This document shows positions 1-10,050 of a stretch of 28,375 nt of DNA, one piece after another. The notes under the pieces are model-generated. The model had not been told where the DNA came from. It made no database searches and worked only from the letters and a program-made list of their open reading frames with translations. Positions within the stretch are counted from its first letter, which is position 1, and every line of letters begins with the position of its first letter. The position numbers and the translations under genes were made by a program. Where the stretch lies: assembly GCA_028287725.1 (NCBI GenBank), contig JAQBPC010000392.1, positions 1-28,375 on the forward strand, given 5' to 3'. This DNA is from Chloroflexota bacterium (GTDB taxonomy: Bacteria > Chloroflexota > UBA5177 > JANWHV01).

Positions 1-1
1 C

Positions 2-3000
2 GATTTCGTAGCGGGCGCCGCCACGAGCGCCTCGAATGAGCTTTCCGCGGGCATCAATCCGGCCGGGTGTAGCGCGACCAGCAGCTGTGTCACCCCTGAC
101 CAGCTCATCGCGCCGCAGGGTGCGGCGTCAACGTCCCCTTTAATATGGACAGCCGACAATCTGCGTCAGAAGCTCTACGGCACTCGCCACGACATCGTCT
201 TCCTGGCGGGCCACTTCAGCGCCGCTAACCTGCTTGCGTCCGACTACTCGACGCAACTCAGCGCCGCCGAGGTTGTCTCATCCACAGCGAGCCTTTCCAA
301 CACGCTGGTGCTCGCTCTTGGCTGCCATGGCGGTTTAAACCTGCCCGGCCAGGATAGCATCGCCGGCGTCTCACCCACGCCCGATTGGACGGAAGCGATG
401 GCCATGAAGGGTGCGACGTTTTTGGCCGCCACCGGCTATGCCTACGGTGACACGGTCCTGACCGAGTACGGCGCGCGCCTCTTCGTCAATGTGGCCCGGC
501 AGCTGCGCACCGGCACCGGCAATGTACCGATCGGCGTTGCGAACGTCGCGGCCAAGCAAGACTACCTGAATACACACCTCGACCTTGGCGGCATCGACGA
601 GAAGACGCTGCTGGAAACAACCCTGTACGGCCTGCCCATGCTGCAGGTGAACATGAGGGGCCAGCGCCTAACCGCGTCGACATCCAGCTCGATTGTCAGC
701 TCGGCGCCTACCGTGACGACGGGACCGGGTGCAGGCCTTGGGCTAGCCGTTGGGCAAAACGCAATAGGCTCGCCCGACATAGCCGTTGCTCCCACCACCA
801 CCATGAACACCACGCCGCTTACCGATACGAGCGGCAACCCGGTGACGGCGAGCTGGCTCAGCGGCGCGAGCGGCGTCGTGGCCCATCCGCTGGATCCGGT
901 GTTCCCGCTGCAACTCTATAACGCCACCGTGCCCAATCAAGTCCTGCGGGGCATCGGTTTCCGAAGCGGCAGCTTCACCGACCTCCCCAACGTGACGCCG
1001 CTGACCGTCGCGCCAAGCACCGAGACCTCGGTCGGACACCCGACCTTCTTCTCGAACGTGTTCTACCCAACACAGGTCTGGAGCGCCAACTATTTCGATA
1101 CCGTGGACGGACTTAACGGCGGAATCACGAACCTGGCGGTGGCGCCCGCGCAGTACCAGTCATCTTCACCAGGCTCGACAGCCGGGACGATTCGCAAGTT
1201 CACCGACTTGAAGTTCCGCCTGTACTATCTCGGCAATAGCGCATTGGCGAGTCAAATTACTACCGGTGCCGCGCTAGACTCGGCGCCAAACATCGTTGGC
1301 GCGACAAGCACACGAGATTCGAGCGGCAACGTGACGTTCCAGGTTCGCGTACAGAATGGCTTGCTGCCGAGCGGTGCGCAAGATCTGCAGGACGTGTGGG
1401 TCACCTACACCGATCCCTCAAGTGGCACGCCTCAATGGACATCGGTCGATCTAACTCAGGATGTGAGCGACCCCTCACTGTGGACCGGCACGGCATCGGG
1501 ACTGTCCTCTGGGACAGTGTTCATGGTGCAGGCCGCGAATGCGACCGGCCTGGTCAGTCTCAATACCAACAACGGCGCCTACTTCACGATCGCTCCCGCC
1601 ACACCGCCGCCTCCGCCGGTGGCGCCTGTGCTGACCATTCAGTCAGCAAGTAATAGTGGTGTATACCAGTCGTCGGCTACGTTTACGGTAAGCCTGCAGG
1701 CGAATAGCGCCGGCATCCCGAACCAGCCTGTCGGAGTGCAGGTCGGGCCGCAGACAAAATACGTGACGACGGGCAGCGACGGCACCGCCACGGTTACGAT
1801 ACCACTGGCACTGGCCCCAGGCAGCTACACCGTGAATGCCTCGTACGCCGGCGCCACGGTCGGTGGCACAACTTACTCCGGCGCAGCCGGTCATGGCAAC
1901 GACTTCACCATCAACCCTGCCCCGACGACCCTAACCTTGACCCCGTCCTCGGCAAATGCAACCTACAGTTCGAGCGAGTCTAACGGAATCGCGGCAGCGC
2001 TGCAGTCGAACGGCGCCGGTCTGGCGCAGAAGTCGGTGTATTTCACCATCGACAACGGGGCCGGAGGACTGACGCATAGGGTAACGATCACCGATGCCAA
2101 TGGGAACGCGGCGCTCGGCACGCTCTCACTGCCCGCCGGTTCGTACACTGTGAGCGCGGCGTTCGCCAAATCCATCAGCGACCCCGCCGTGGCCTATACA
2201 GATCCCTATTATCAGGGAAGCAGCACGACCGCGCCGGCCTCGCTGACTATCGCCAAGGCGCCGCTGACGGTGACCGCCGACGCGGCCAGCAGGATCTACG
2301 GTGCAGCTAACCCCGCCTTCAGCGCAACCATTACTGGCTTCGTCAACGGCGATACGTCCAGTGTGGTCAGCGGCGGTCCAAGCCTGACCACGTCGGCTAC
2401 AACGTCCAGCTCCGTGGGTAGCTACGCGATCACCCCCGCCACAGGCAGCTTGGCCGCGGCGAACTACAGCTTCACTTTCGTCAACGGCACCCTGACTGTT
2501 AACCCCGCCCCGCTAATCATCACGGCCAAGGACCAGACCACTGTCTACGGCACTACCGCGGTGAACCTGGTGACCGGCGCCAGTACCGTTACCTATAGTG
2601 GCTTTGTCAACGGGGACAGCGCCAGCTCCCTGACCACCCCGGCCGTCCTGCACTCGCCGGCGACCCTTGCTAGCCCTGTCTCCACGTACCCAATCAACGT
2701 CGATGGTGCCACCGACGCCAACTACGCTATTAGCTTCGTGCGCGGCACCCTCACTATTGGCAAAGCGCCGCTCACCATCGCAGCCGAAACCAAGTATATG
2801 ACCGTCCACGCCACGGTGCCGGCTCTTACCTGGACGCCCACTGGGTTGGTCAATGGCGATGCGAAGGCGACCGTCTTCAATTCGCCAAACACCGCCCCAA
2901 CCTGCGGCACCACCGCGACATCCACCAGCGCGGCCGGCAGTTACACCATCAGCTGCTCGGGCGCCGCGAATCCCAACTACAGTATCGGCTACGTGGCCGG

Positions 3001-3403
3001 CACGTTGTTCGTGCAGTACCGCTTCGACGGGTTCCTGCAACCAATCAACGATACCGGGCATGCGCAGACGTGCGGCAGCCCCTGCTCGTTGAGCATCTTT
3101 AAAGCCGGCAGCAACGTTCCCGTCAAGTTCGTGCTCAAGGATGTGAACGGCAACGTGCTGATGCCGGGCCCCAACGCCACAATGCCGGAGTGGATAATGC
3201 CGCAGGACCTCGGCACGACGACCGCTCCAATCGACGAAAGCACCTACACCGACACACCTACCTTAGGCAGCACATTCTTCTGGGACGGCTCGCAGTACCA
3301 CTTCAACTGGAAGACGACCGCCTTCAAGTCCGGCCACATTTATCTCATCGGCGCCATACTCGATGATGGAGAAGTCGTCACTGCGAAGATCGGTCTGAGG
3401 TAG
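2..3403 (+). CDS. Large surface/secreted multidomain protein, 5'-truncated by the window: His/Cys peptidase C25/caspase-like domain, Pro linker, Ig-like domains, 3 MBG repeats, C-terminal PxKF-type domain
   Basis: The frame is open from base 2 (DFVAGAATS...DIVFLAGHFS...LVLALGCHGG), so the track start at 308 is internal. Candidate His at 212-214 and Cys at 323-325. TPPPPPVAP linker, Ser/Thr/Gly/Ala-rich beta repeats, C-terminus FDGFLQPIN...GSNVPVKF...YHFNWKT. Confidence 0.85.
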   Translation, partial: DFVAGAATSASNELSAGINPAGCSATSSCVTPDQLIAPQGAASTSPLIWTADNLRQKLYGTRHDIVFLAGHFSAANLLASDYSTQLSAAEVVSSTASLSNTLVLALGCHGGLNLPGQDSIAGVSPTPDWTEAMAMKGATFLAATGYAYGDTVLTEYGARLFVNVARQLRTGTGNVPIGVANVAAKQDYLNTHLDLGGIDEKTLLETTLYGLPMLQVNMRGQRLTASTSSSIVSSAPTVTTGPGAGLGLAVGQNAIGSPDIAVAPTTTMNTTPLTDTSGNPVTASWLSGASGVVAHPLDPVFPLQLYNATVPNQVLRGIGFRSGSFTDLPNVTPLTVAPSTETSVGHPTFFSNVFYPTQVWSANYFDTVDGLNGGITNLAVAPAQYQSSSPGSTAGTIRKFTDLKFRLYYLGNSALASQITTGAALDSAPNIVGATSTRDSSGNVTFQVRVQNGLLPSGAQDLQDVWVTYTDPSSGTPQWTSVDLTQDVSDPSLWTGTASGLSSGTVFMVQAANATGLVSLNTNNGAYFTIAPATPPPPPVAPVLTIQSASNSGVYQSSATFTVSLQANSAGIPNQPVGVQVGPQTKYVTTGSDGTATVTIPLALAPGSYTVNASYAGATVGGTTYSGAAGHGNDFTINPAPTTLTLTPSSANATYSSSESNGIAAALQSNGAGLAQKSVYFTIDNGAGGLTHRVTITDANGNAALGTLSLPAGSYTVSAAFAKSISDPAVAYTDPYYQGSSTTAPASLTIAKAPLTVTADAASRIYGAANPAFSATITGFVNGDTSSVVSGGPSLTTSATTSSSVGSYAITPATGSLAAANYSFTFVNGTLTVNPAPLIITAKDQTTVYGTTAVNLVTGASTVTYSGFVNGDSASSLTTPAVLHSPATLASPVSTYPINVDGATDANYAISFVRGTLTIGKAPLTIAAETKYMTVHATVPALTWTPTGLVNGDAKATVFNSPNTAPTCGTTATSTSAAGSYTISCSGAANPNYSIGYVAGTLFVQYRFDGFLQPINDTGHAQTCGSPCSLSIFKAGSNVPVKFVLKDVNGNVLMPGPNATMPEWIMPQDLGTTTAPIDESTYTDTPTLGSTFFWDGSQYHFNWKTTAFKSGHIYLIGAILDDGEVVTAKIGLR
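2251..3012 (+). repeat. Three tandem MBG-type domains (~85 aa each)
   Basis: AKAPLTVTADAASRIYGAANP...GFVNGD; NPAPLIITAKDQTTVYG...GFVNGD; GKAPLTIAAETKYMTV...GLVNGD; each unit ends NY-x-(F/I)-x-(F/Y)V-x-GTL. Confidence 0.8.
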
Positions 3404-3426
3404 AAAGGTGCTAAAGTAGAGTCACT

Positions 3427-3472
3427 GCCGGAGTCGCTCGAGGCAAGTCATTTTGACTCGAGCGACTCCGGC
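3427..3472. terminator. Perfect 16-bp inverted repeat between convergent genes (probable bidirectional terminator)
   Basis: GCCGGAGTCGCTCGAG (3427-3442) / CTCGAGCGACTCCGGC (3457-3472), 14-nt loop, located between the stops at 3403 and 3480. Confidence 0.7.
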
Positions 3473-3479
3473 GAAACGC

Positions 3480-6400
3480 CTACTCGCCGTCCTGATCGGC
3501 CCGCGTGCCGGTGAATGTAGGCTCGGCAACGGGCACGGTGTCACCAGCACCTTCCGGCCCTTGCTTGGAGTCATGCTCGACCGCGAGAGCGAATGCCACG
3601 GCGTCTTGCATCTGCATCGCTCGTCCGGCAGCTTCCAGCTCCCCGGCTCGTTGATCCGCGAGCGCGCGTCGCGCGGGTTGCAGCAAACGATCGAACCGCT
3701 CGCGCTCGGCCTGTGAAAGCGCGGCGCCGGTCGCTTCGTGCGCCGCCGCCGCGGCGCCCGCCAGTATCAGGGCACGCCCCGCTTGCGCCTCAGCTGTTGC
3801 CAGCGCCGCGAAGTCGTCAAGCAGATAGGCGACGGCGCCGCGGTCGCCCAGCTCCCAGTTGATACTTAAGCTCTCTACCAGCAGCGGGCGTGCCGCGGCG
3901 TGCTCGCCTTCATCCAGCAGCACGTCGCCCAGGCTGTTCAGGGAGAGCGCGAGGCCGCCCCTATCGCCGAGCTGGCGCCGGATGGTGAGGCTCTCCTCCA
4001 GCAAGCGCCGCGCGGCAGGATAGTCGCCCATGTCGCCCGCCACGCAGCCAAGATTGTTCAGCAGCTGTCCCATGGACCAGCGATCGCCAATCTCCCTGAA
4101 GACGGCCAGGCTCTCCTCGGTCATGGCGCGTGCGGCATCGTAGTCGCCCTGGTGACGGATGGCGACCCCCACGTTGTTCAAGAGCACGGCCACCGCGGGC
4201 CGATCGCCGATCTCCTGATAGAGGGCCAGGCTCCGTTCGTAGAGCGCGCGAGCAGTCGAGCGCTCACCCTGCTGGTTCGCCAGCGTCCCGGCCCCTTTCA
4301 GGGCAAGTGCCTGCGCTCTCAAGAATTGTTCGGCCTCGCCCTGCGATTCGGCCAATCTAAGGCCTTGCTCATACCACGTCTTAGCCTCGGCATAGGCGCC
4401 TAGCTGCCGCGCGACCTCGCCGATGTCGGTCGACACCTGGCTTACCTCCGCGAGGTCGCCCATCTGCTCGAAGGCCGTATGTGCCTGAGTCAGGTAGCCC
4501 GCCGCTTCCTGGTATTTTCCCTGTTTCCTGCGGAGCCACCCCAGCGCCCGCAGACCGGTTGCCTCGCCGGACCGGTCCTCGCCCCGCATGGCCAGGTCAA
4601 GGGCCTGACGGTAGAGATCGTCCGCCTCGCTCCAGTCGCCCATGAGGTCCATCACTTGACCGAGTCTGAACAGGACGGGCGCACGTGCCGCGTCGGACAA
4701 CAATGCGAGCAGACGCCGGTAGTAACCGACGGCCGTGGCATTAGCAAAGGCTGCCTGTGATGCCTCGCCCGCGCGCAGCAGGTAATGGCACTTCTTGTCC
4801 AGATCCTCGGTCCGCTCATAATGGAAGGCCAACAGGCTGACATACTGGTCGAGCGTCTCGCCATAGGTATCCTCGATGAACCTTCCAAATTGTGCGTGCA
4901 AGGTGGCGCGCTGCGCGTAAGGCAGGCTCTCGTAGGCGACCTCTTGGGTTACGACGTGCTTGAATATGTAGACAAGATCCGGCTCCGGCTGATCCAGTGG
5001 AAGCAGATCGACAGTGCTGAGTGAATCGAGGCAAGCCCGTACCTCCTGGGTATCGCCAAGCTGCCGGTATGTCCTCGACAGCCAATCAGCCTGCACGCGC
5101 CGGCCCAGGATGCTCGCTACTTTTAGCACGACCTTCTGTCGCTCGCCAAGCCGGTCAATGCGGCTGAGGATCAGGCTATGCAAGCTGGTCGGCAGCTCCA
5201 GTCGCTCGATTGCCGCCGAATCCCGCGGATCGATGCCGCGATCGCGGATGTAGTTGATAAGTTCCTCGATGTAGAAGGGGTTGCCGTCGGCGCGCGCCGT
5301 GATGCGCTCAACCAGCTCAGCCGGCACGCCCACGTGCGCCCCGTCCAGCTGCGCGAGCTTCAGCTGGATCAGTTGCCCGGCCTCATGCGCGCTGAAATAG
5401 TTGAGCCGGATCTCCGTGAAGTGCGGTAGCGACTCCCAGCGATTGTGGGCATGGTCCTGGCTGTCGGATGGCCGGTACGACAGGACCATGATTACCGGCA
5501 AGTTCGCGGCGGCGCGTCCCAATGCCTCCACCAGGTCCTGGGACAAGGCGTCGATCCAGTGGCAGTCCTCGAGCACCAACAGCAGCGGCGAACGTGCGGC
5601 CAGGGCCTGCAGACAGTCGACCAGCAGCGCCTCGAGTGAGCTCTTGCGCAGTTTTGCATCGAATGAGCGGGTGAGCTCTGAGTCGGGAACGGAGAGATTG
5701 AGCACCGTACCGAGCAGCGGCACACGGGGCAGGAGGGCAGGATCGATGCGGACCAGCGCTGCCTCCAGCGCCGCGATCTGCTGCTCGACCGTCCAGCTCT
5801 CCTCGAGCCCGAAGAGCCCGCGCCAGATGCCCTGCCACACGTGGTAGCCGACCGTGCTGCCGTAAGATTGACACTCGCCCCCGTAGGCGACGACGCTCTG
5901 TTCTTGCGCAAGCCGAATAGCCTCGGCCACCAGGCGGGACTTGCCCATGCCAGCCTCTGCCGTTACGCCGACGAGTTGGCCGTTGCCCCGATGTGCTAAC
6001 GCCAGCCGCTGCGCGATAACGTCCAACTCTGCCTCGCGGCCGACCATAGGCAGCGTATAACGGGGCTCCCGCAACCGGAGGGTTCGATGGTCAATCGGGT
6101 CCAGGGCGGTATACACGGTGACCGGTTTTGACTTGCCCTTCACGCGCAGCGGTGGCAGGCGCTCAAAGCGAGCGATGCCGGCCGCGGCCTGCTGCACGGC
6201 ATCGCTCACCAGTATCTGCCCTGGGGCAGCTGCCTGCATCAGCCGCGCCGCCATGTTCGTCTCGTCGCCAAGCACGCCGTAGGTACGGGCGTCGCGCGCC
6301 CCGTAGGCGCCGGTGCGCATGCGCCCGCGGCTGATGCCGATCGCCGGCACCCCGACGTGCGCAAATTCCTCAGGTGGCGAAGCGAGCTCGAAGGCCGCGG

Positions 6401-7433
6401 AAACGGCGCGAATGTCGTCGTCTTCGTGTGCGAGCGGCGCGCCGAATGCCCCGTACAGGTAGCTCCCCTTGTCGCCGATGATGAGCTGCAACAGCGTGCC
6501 TTCGAGCCGGGAGAATATGCCTTGAATCCAGCGAATATAGGCATCGAGCTTGCCGGCAACGGTCTCGTCCTGCTCGAAGTCCAGGCCGCTGAAGCGCAGG
6601 AATAGCACGACGGCGGGCCGAAGCTCGGCGAGAAACTCGCCGCTTCCTGCGCGCAGCCGCTGATAAACCGCGGGCAACAGCCACTGGCGGATGGTATGCT
6701 CCTGCAGAACATCGCCTGCGGCGATCGGCCATGGATTCGGATCCACCTGAGCGGCGAGAGACGCGACCACGGCGACCCGGTCGCCCTGCGCTTCATCGAT
6801 CCTCCACTGCACGTTTGTGAGCAGGGCGCCAAGCGCCTCGGCGGTGGCGGCATCTACCACCACGTCGCCCTTCTGGGCAACGCGTTCGGCTGCCGCGATA
6901 CGCTCCAGGGTCCGTCCCGCCACCACGTCGATCAACTGAATCGCCGGGTCTCCGACCACGAACCTGCGCACGGCGCCCGCCGCTACCGCGGCCTTAACCG
7001 CGAGGGAAACCACCTCGCCGCCGGGCGTCGGTATCGCGGCGAACTGTGTCATGGCGCGCTGCATGGCCAGTCCGCAGGCGATCGCTCGCCTGCCATCGTC
7101 GCCGTCGAGCCAGCAGGTAATGGCATCGCCGCTGAAGTAGATTACGCTGCCGCCGTACAGATACAGCTCGGCGACGAGCGCATCGTAAACCCTGTTCAGG
7201 AAGTGCGTGAGCTCCTCCGCGCCGCGCTGAGGTCCGAGTGCGCGCACCAGGGTTTCGGTGAGCGGTGTGAAGCCGGAGATATCGGCAAAGAGCGCCGCGC
7301 CCGCGGCGACGGCTGGCAGCTCAGCTCCCTTTGCCATTGCACGCCGTCGATCGATGGGTATGAACGCAGCCAGCGCCGCGAGCATTTCGCTGTCGTTACT
7401 GCTCGGGTCAACTGCCATCTGGATACCTGCCAT
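3480..7433 (-). CDS. Soluble adenylyl cyclase (ADCY10)-like protein: tandem class III cyclase domains, STAND-type P-loop NTPase, TPR repeats
   Basis: C1 has FADISGFT and YFSGDA (metal-binding Asp pair). C2 has GDKG and GDETNMAARL. Walker A AEAGMGKSRL, Walker B LLLVLEDCHW, C-terminal TPRs (LNNVG/LNNLG/LNSLG). Exact start uncertain. Confidence 0.92.
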   Translation of the reverse strand: MAGIQMAVDPSSNDSEMLAALAAFIPIDRRRAMAKGAELPAVAAGAALFADISGFTPLTETLVRALGPQRGAEELTHFLNRVYDALVAELYLYGGSVIYFSGDAITCWLDGDDGRRAIACGLAMQRAMTQFAAIPTPGGEVVSLAVKAAVAAGAVRRFVVGDPAIQLIDVVAGRTLERIAAAERVAQKGDVVVDAATAEALGALLTNVQWRIDEAQGDRVAVVASLAAQVDPNPWPIAAGDVLQEHTIRQWLLPAVYQRLRAGSGEFLAELRPAVVLFLRFSGLDFEQDETVAGKLDAYIRWIQGIFSRLEGTLLQLIIGDKGSYLYGAFGAPLAHEDDDIRAVSAAFELASPPEEFAHVGVPAIGISRGRMRTGAYGARDARTYGVLGDETNMAARLMQAAAPGQILVSDAVQQAAAGIARFERLPPLRVKGKSKPVTVYTALDPIDHRTLRLREPRYTLPMVGREAELDVIAQRLALAHRGNGQLVGVTAEAGMGKSRLVAEAIRLAQEQSVVAYGGECQSYGSTVGYHVWQGIWRGLFGLEESWTVEQQIAALEAALVRIDPALLPRVPLLGTVLNLSVPDSELTRSFDAKLRKSSLEALLVDCLQALAARSPLLLVLEDCHWIDALSQDLVEALGRAAANLPVIMVLSYRPSDSQDHAHNRWESLPHFTEIRLNYFSAHEAGQLIQLKLAQLDGAHVGVPAELVERITARADGNPFYIEELINYIRDRGIDPRDSAAIERLELPTSLHSLILSRIDRLGERQKVVLKVASILGRRVQADWLSRTYRQLGDTQEVRACLDSLSTVDLLPLDQPEPDLVYIFKHVVTQEVAYESLPYAQRATLHAQFGRFIEDTYGETLDQYVSLLAFHYERTEDLDKKCHYLLRAGEASQAAFANATAVGYYRRLLALLSDAARAPVLFRLGQVMDLMGDWSEADDLYRQALDLAMRGEDRSGEATGLRALGWLRRKQGKYQEAAGYLTQAHTAFEQMGDLAEVSQVSTDIGEVARQLGAYAEAKTWYEQGLRLAESQGEAEQFLRAQALALKGAGTLANQQGERSTARALYERSLALYQEIGDRPAVAVLLNNVGVAIRHQGDYDAARAMTEESLAVFREIGDRWSMGQLLNNLGCVAGDMGDYPAARRLLEESLTIRRQLGDRGGLALSLNSLGDVLLDEGEHAAARPLLVESLSINWELGDRGAVAYLLDDFAALATAEAQAGRALILAGAAAAAHEATGAALSQAERERFDRLLQPARRALADQRAGELEAAGRAMQMQDAVAFALAVEHDSKQGPEGAGDTVPVAEPTFTGTRADQDGE

Positions 7434-7864
7434 CGCCGAAGTGGCGCCCGCCGGGGTTTACGACTGTGCTCGTTCAGAGCTTCTACAGCGCTCAGTCTAC
7501 ACTGGTCATCTCCTATCGTACAGGGGCCTGGGCGACGTCGGCGTCAATCGAATCCCCGGCGTTTTGGCTAGAGATACGCAATCGAATGGGTAGACCGGAG
7601 ATGCTAACCGAGCGATTTCGGCTATGAGCTGGTATCAGGCTATTGTTTAGGCGCTCCCGCCATGCTAGTATCGTGCCGCGAGGTTTCCAGAAGGATGGAC
7701 GATAACATCGCCGCCTTCTCGAGCGTATCGGCGCGATTGGCTGCGAAATGCCGGCTAATAGGGGCGGTGCTTAACCGACCGGAGGCAGCAGGATTAAGAT
7801 GGCTACCTTGGCAGGGCAGGCCGCGGACACGCGAACGACAACCGCGCGGTCGGAGCGCTCCGCC

Positions 7865-9439
7865 ATGTCCGTGGGATGGTGGCGGATACGCGTCCTCTGG
7901 AGTTTGGGCATTTTCTGTCTGGCGCTCCTTCCCTACGCCGCCGCGATAGCTGGAACACCGGATGGTTCGTTCTTCCGCGGATCGCTCCGCCCCTCGACCG
8001 ACGCGGGGATGTATCTCACCGCCCTAAGGCTGGGCGCAGAGGGCGAGTGGCTCTGGCACGATCCATTGGCGGTCCACGCGCCACCAGCCATCTTGATGTA
8101 TCCGACATATAACTTCGCCGGGCATGTCGGCGCGCTGTTCCACGTCTCCCCTCGCACGAGCTATATCTTCTATCATGCATTCGCCGTCCTGGTGCTCTTC
8201 GGCACGGTATGGCGACTGGCATCTCTGTTCTTTAACCCGCGGGAACGCCGTTGGTTCACGGCATTTGCATTCTGCGCCAGCGGCCTGTACTGGCTCGACG
8301 CGCTGCTTGACACTATCGGCAGGGCGCCGGTCTCGCTTACGCGGATGGGCATGGAGAATCTCAGTGGTTTTAGCCTGGGGCTGATCGTCGGCCATCAGGC
8401 TCTGGGCATTGCCGGCCATCTTATGGCCCTCACCGCGCTGCTCGTCGGGCTATGCATGCAACAAAGTCCATACTGTTGGTGGTACCTGCTGTATGGCGCG
8501 GCCGGCACCATATTGATCGGATTCGCAGCACCGGTATTTCTTCCTTTGACGTTTATGGTCTTGGCGCTCTTCGTCCTCTGGTGGGTAGTAAGGGCGGCGC
8601 CGGGTGACCAACGCCTCTCCGCGCTACGCCGTGGGCTACTGGTTGGCGGCGTTGTTGGCGGGCCAGGCGTGCCGTTCGCGCTGTACTACTATTTCCTGTT
8701 CAACCATGGCACATGGAAGGGATTCCAGCACCTCTCGCCGCTCAACCCGCTCGAGGGTCTGCTGACATGGGGCGTGCTGGTGCCCCTGGGTATATGGGGC
8801 TGGCGCATGGCACCGCCCTCGCTCCGACCACTGGCGACCATCCTGGCCCTGTGGTGCATGTGCGCGATCTGCGGCACGGCACTGAACCTCTATCAGGGAT
8901 CGCGATTGACTACAGGCGTGACCCTGCCAATCGGCGGCCTCTTTGCCATGGGGCTGATGCGATACAGCTTTACCGTGCGCCGCCACTGGCTGGAGGCGCT
9001 GAGCGTCAGCTTGGTGTGCCAGTACCTGTTCCTCCTCACCGCTTTGTTGAACGGCAATGCAAAGCACCTGTATAACAATGCTGCCCAGGAGCAGGCGCTG
9101 CAGTGGCTGGCGCTGCATGGAAATACGCGCGATGTGGTGTTAGCGCCTTTCTTCTTCGGCAATGTGGCGACCGAGGCAAGCCCTGTGCGTGTGGTAGCCG
9201 GGGGGTACGATCAGACCTACGACTTTGCCATGCGCTATCCGCAACTTCAAACGTTCTTTGGCGCCTCCTCGACGACAGCCGAGCGCCTGCACGTCCTCCG
9301 CGCTACCAGCGCAACGCTGGTGGTCTACGATGGCCACAATCCGTATGAAGGCCCATTCGATCCTCAGAACCTACCGGGCTTGCGCACGGTTTTCGTGCGT
9401 GGCGACGTGGCAATCCTTCGCGTGCCGCCGGGCATGTGA
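7865..9439 (+). CDS. Polytopic membrane protein with C-terminal soluble domain, possible GT-C-fold glycosyltransferase
   Basis: About 10-13 hydrophobic segments. First loop has DAGMYL...GEWLWHD. GGAG lies upstream of ATG 7865 (the track starts at 7799). The function is pattern-based only. Confidence 0.6.
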   Translation: MSVGWWRIRVLWSLGIFCLALLPYAAAIAGTPDGSFFRGSLRPSTDAGMYLTALRLGAEGEWLWHDPLAVHAPPAILMYPTYNFAGHVGALFHVSPRTSYIFYHAFAVLVLFGTVWRLASLFFNPRERRWFTAFAFCASGLYWLDALLDTIGRAPVSLTRMGMENLSGFSLGLIVGHQALGIAGHLMALTALLVGLCMQQSPYCWWYLLYGAAGTILIGFAAPVFLPLTFMVLALFVLWWVVRAAPGDQRLSALRRGLLVGGVVGGPGVPFALYYYFLFNHGTWKGFQHLSPLNPLEGLLTWGVLVPLGIWGWRMAPPSLRPLATILALWCMCAICGTALNLYQGSRLTTGVTLPIGGLFAMGLMRYSFTVRRHWLEALSVSLVCQYLFLLTALLNGNAKHLYNNAAQEQALQWLALHGNTRDVVLAPFFFGNVATEASPVRVVAGGYDQTYDFAMRYPQLQTFFGASSTTAERLHVLRATSATLVVYDGHNPYEGPFDPQNLPGLRTVFVRGDVAILRVPPGM

Positions 9440-9522
9440 TCGCGCACGTCAGCGGCGCACATTCTGGCTATCCATAGCCGACCTGCGCAACACTAGCCAC
9501 CGACATCGGCCGGCTTTGGTGC

Positions 9523-10020
9523 TTACATGCCAGCTGTCTCGCCGCTGCTCACGAGCTCGGCGAGCCGATCGAGGCAATCGTTCCAGCCCTGCACATGGTT
9601 GTCCCGCTCGCCTTCGTCCGCGAAATGCGCGTGTCGCAGCACCACCTCGGTGCGCGATCCCATGCAATGAAACTCTGCCGTGACGATAGTCTCAGGGCTG
9701 TCGGCGCCCTCCCAAACCCAGCTATAAACCAGCTTTTCAGGCGTGCGTAGCTCGAGATACCGGCCGGTGACGCACAGCACACCCATACCTGGAAGGTCGG
9801 CGCTGGCAAAGCGATAGCGGCCACCTACATGCAGATCCACCTCGTGGGTGGTCTGGAAGCGCGCCGGCCACCACCACTGGGCCAACAACGGCGGCTCAGT
9901 CCATGCTTCGAACACCGTGTCGCACGACCCTGCAAAGGTCCGCCGAAGCTCGACCGTGGTAGATTCCGGTTGTATCGGTTCGGCCCTGCCCACGTGATTA
10001 TTCGTCACGAGATCCCTCAT
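9523..10020 (-). CDS. SRPBCC / AHSA1-like (START superfamily) ligand-binding protein
   Basis: VELRRTF...VFEAWTEP..LAQWW; DLHVGGRYRF; GRYLEL..PEKLVYSW; GWNDCLDRL. Confidence 0.9.
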   Translation of the reverse strand: MRDLVTNNHVGRAEPIQPESTTVELRRTFAGSCDTVFEAWTEPPLLAQWWWPARFQTTHEVDLHVGGRYRFASADLPGMGVLCVTGRYLELRTPEKLVYSWVWEGADSPETIVTAEFHCMGSRTEVVLRHAHFADEGERDNHVQGWNDCLDRLAELVSSGETAGM

Positions 10021-10050
10021 TCCAGTTGAGTGGCCAATGCAGCAAACTGC

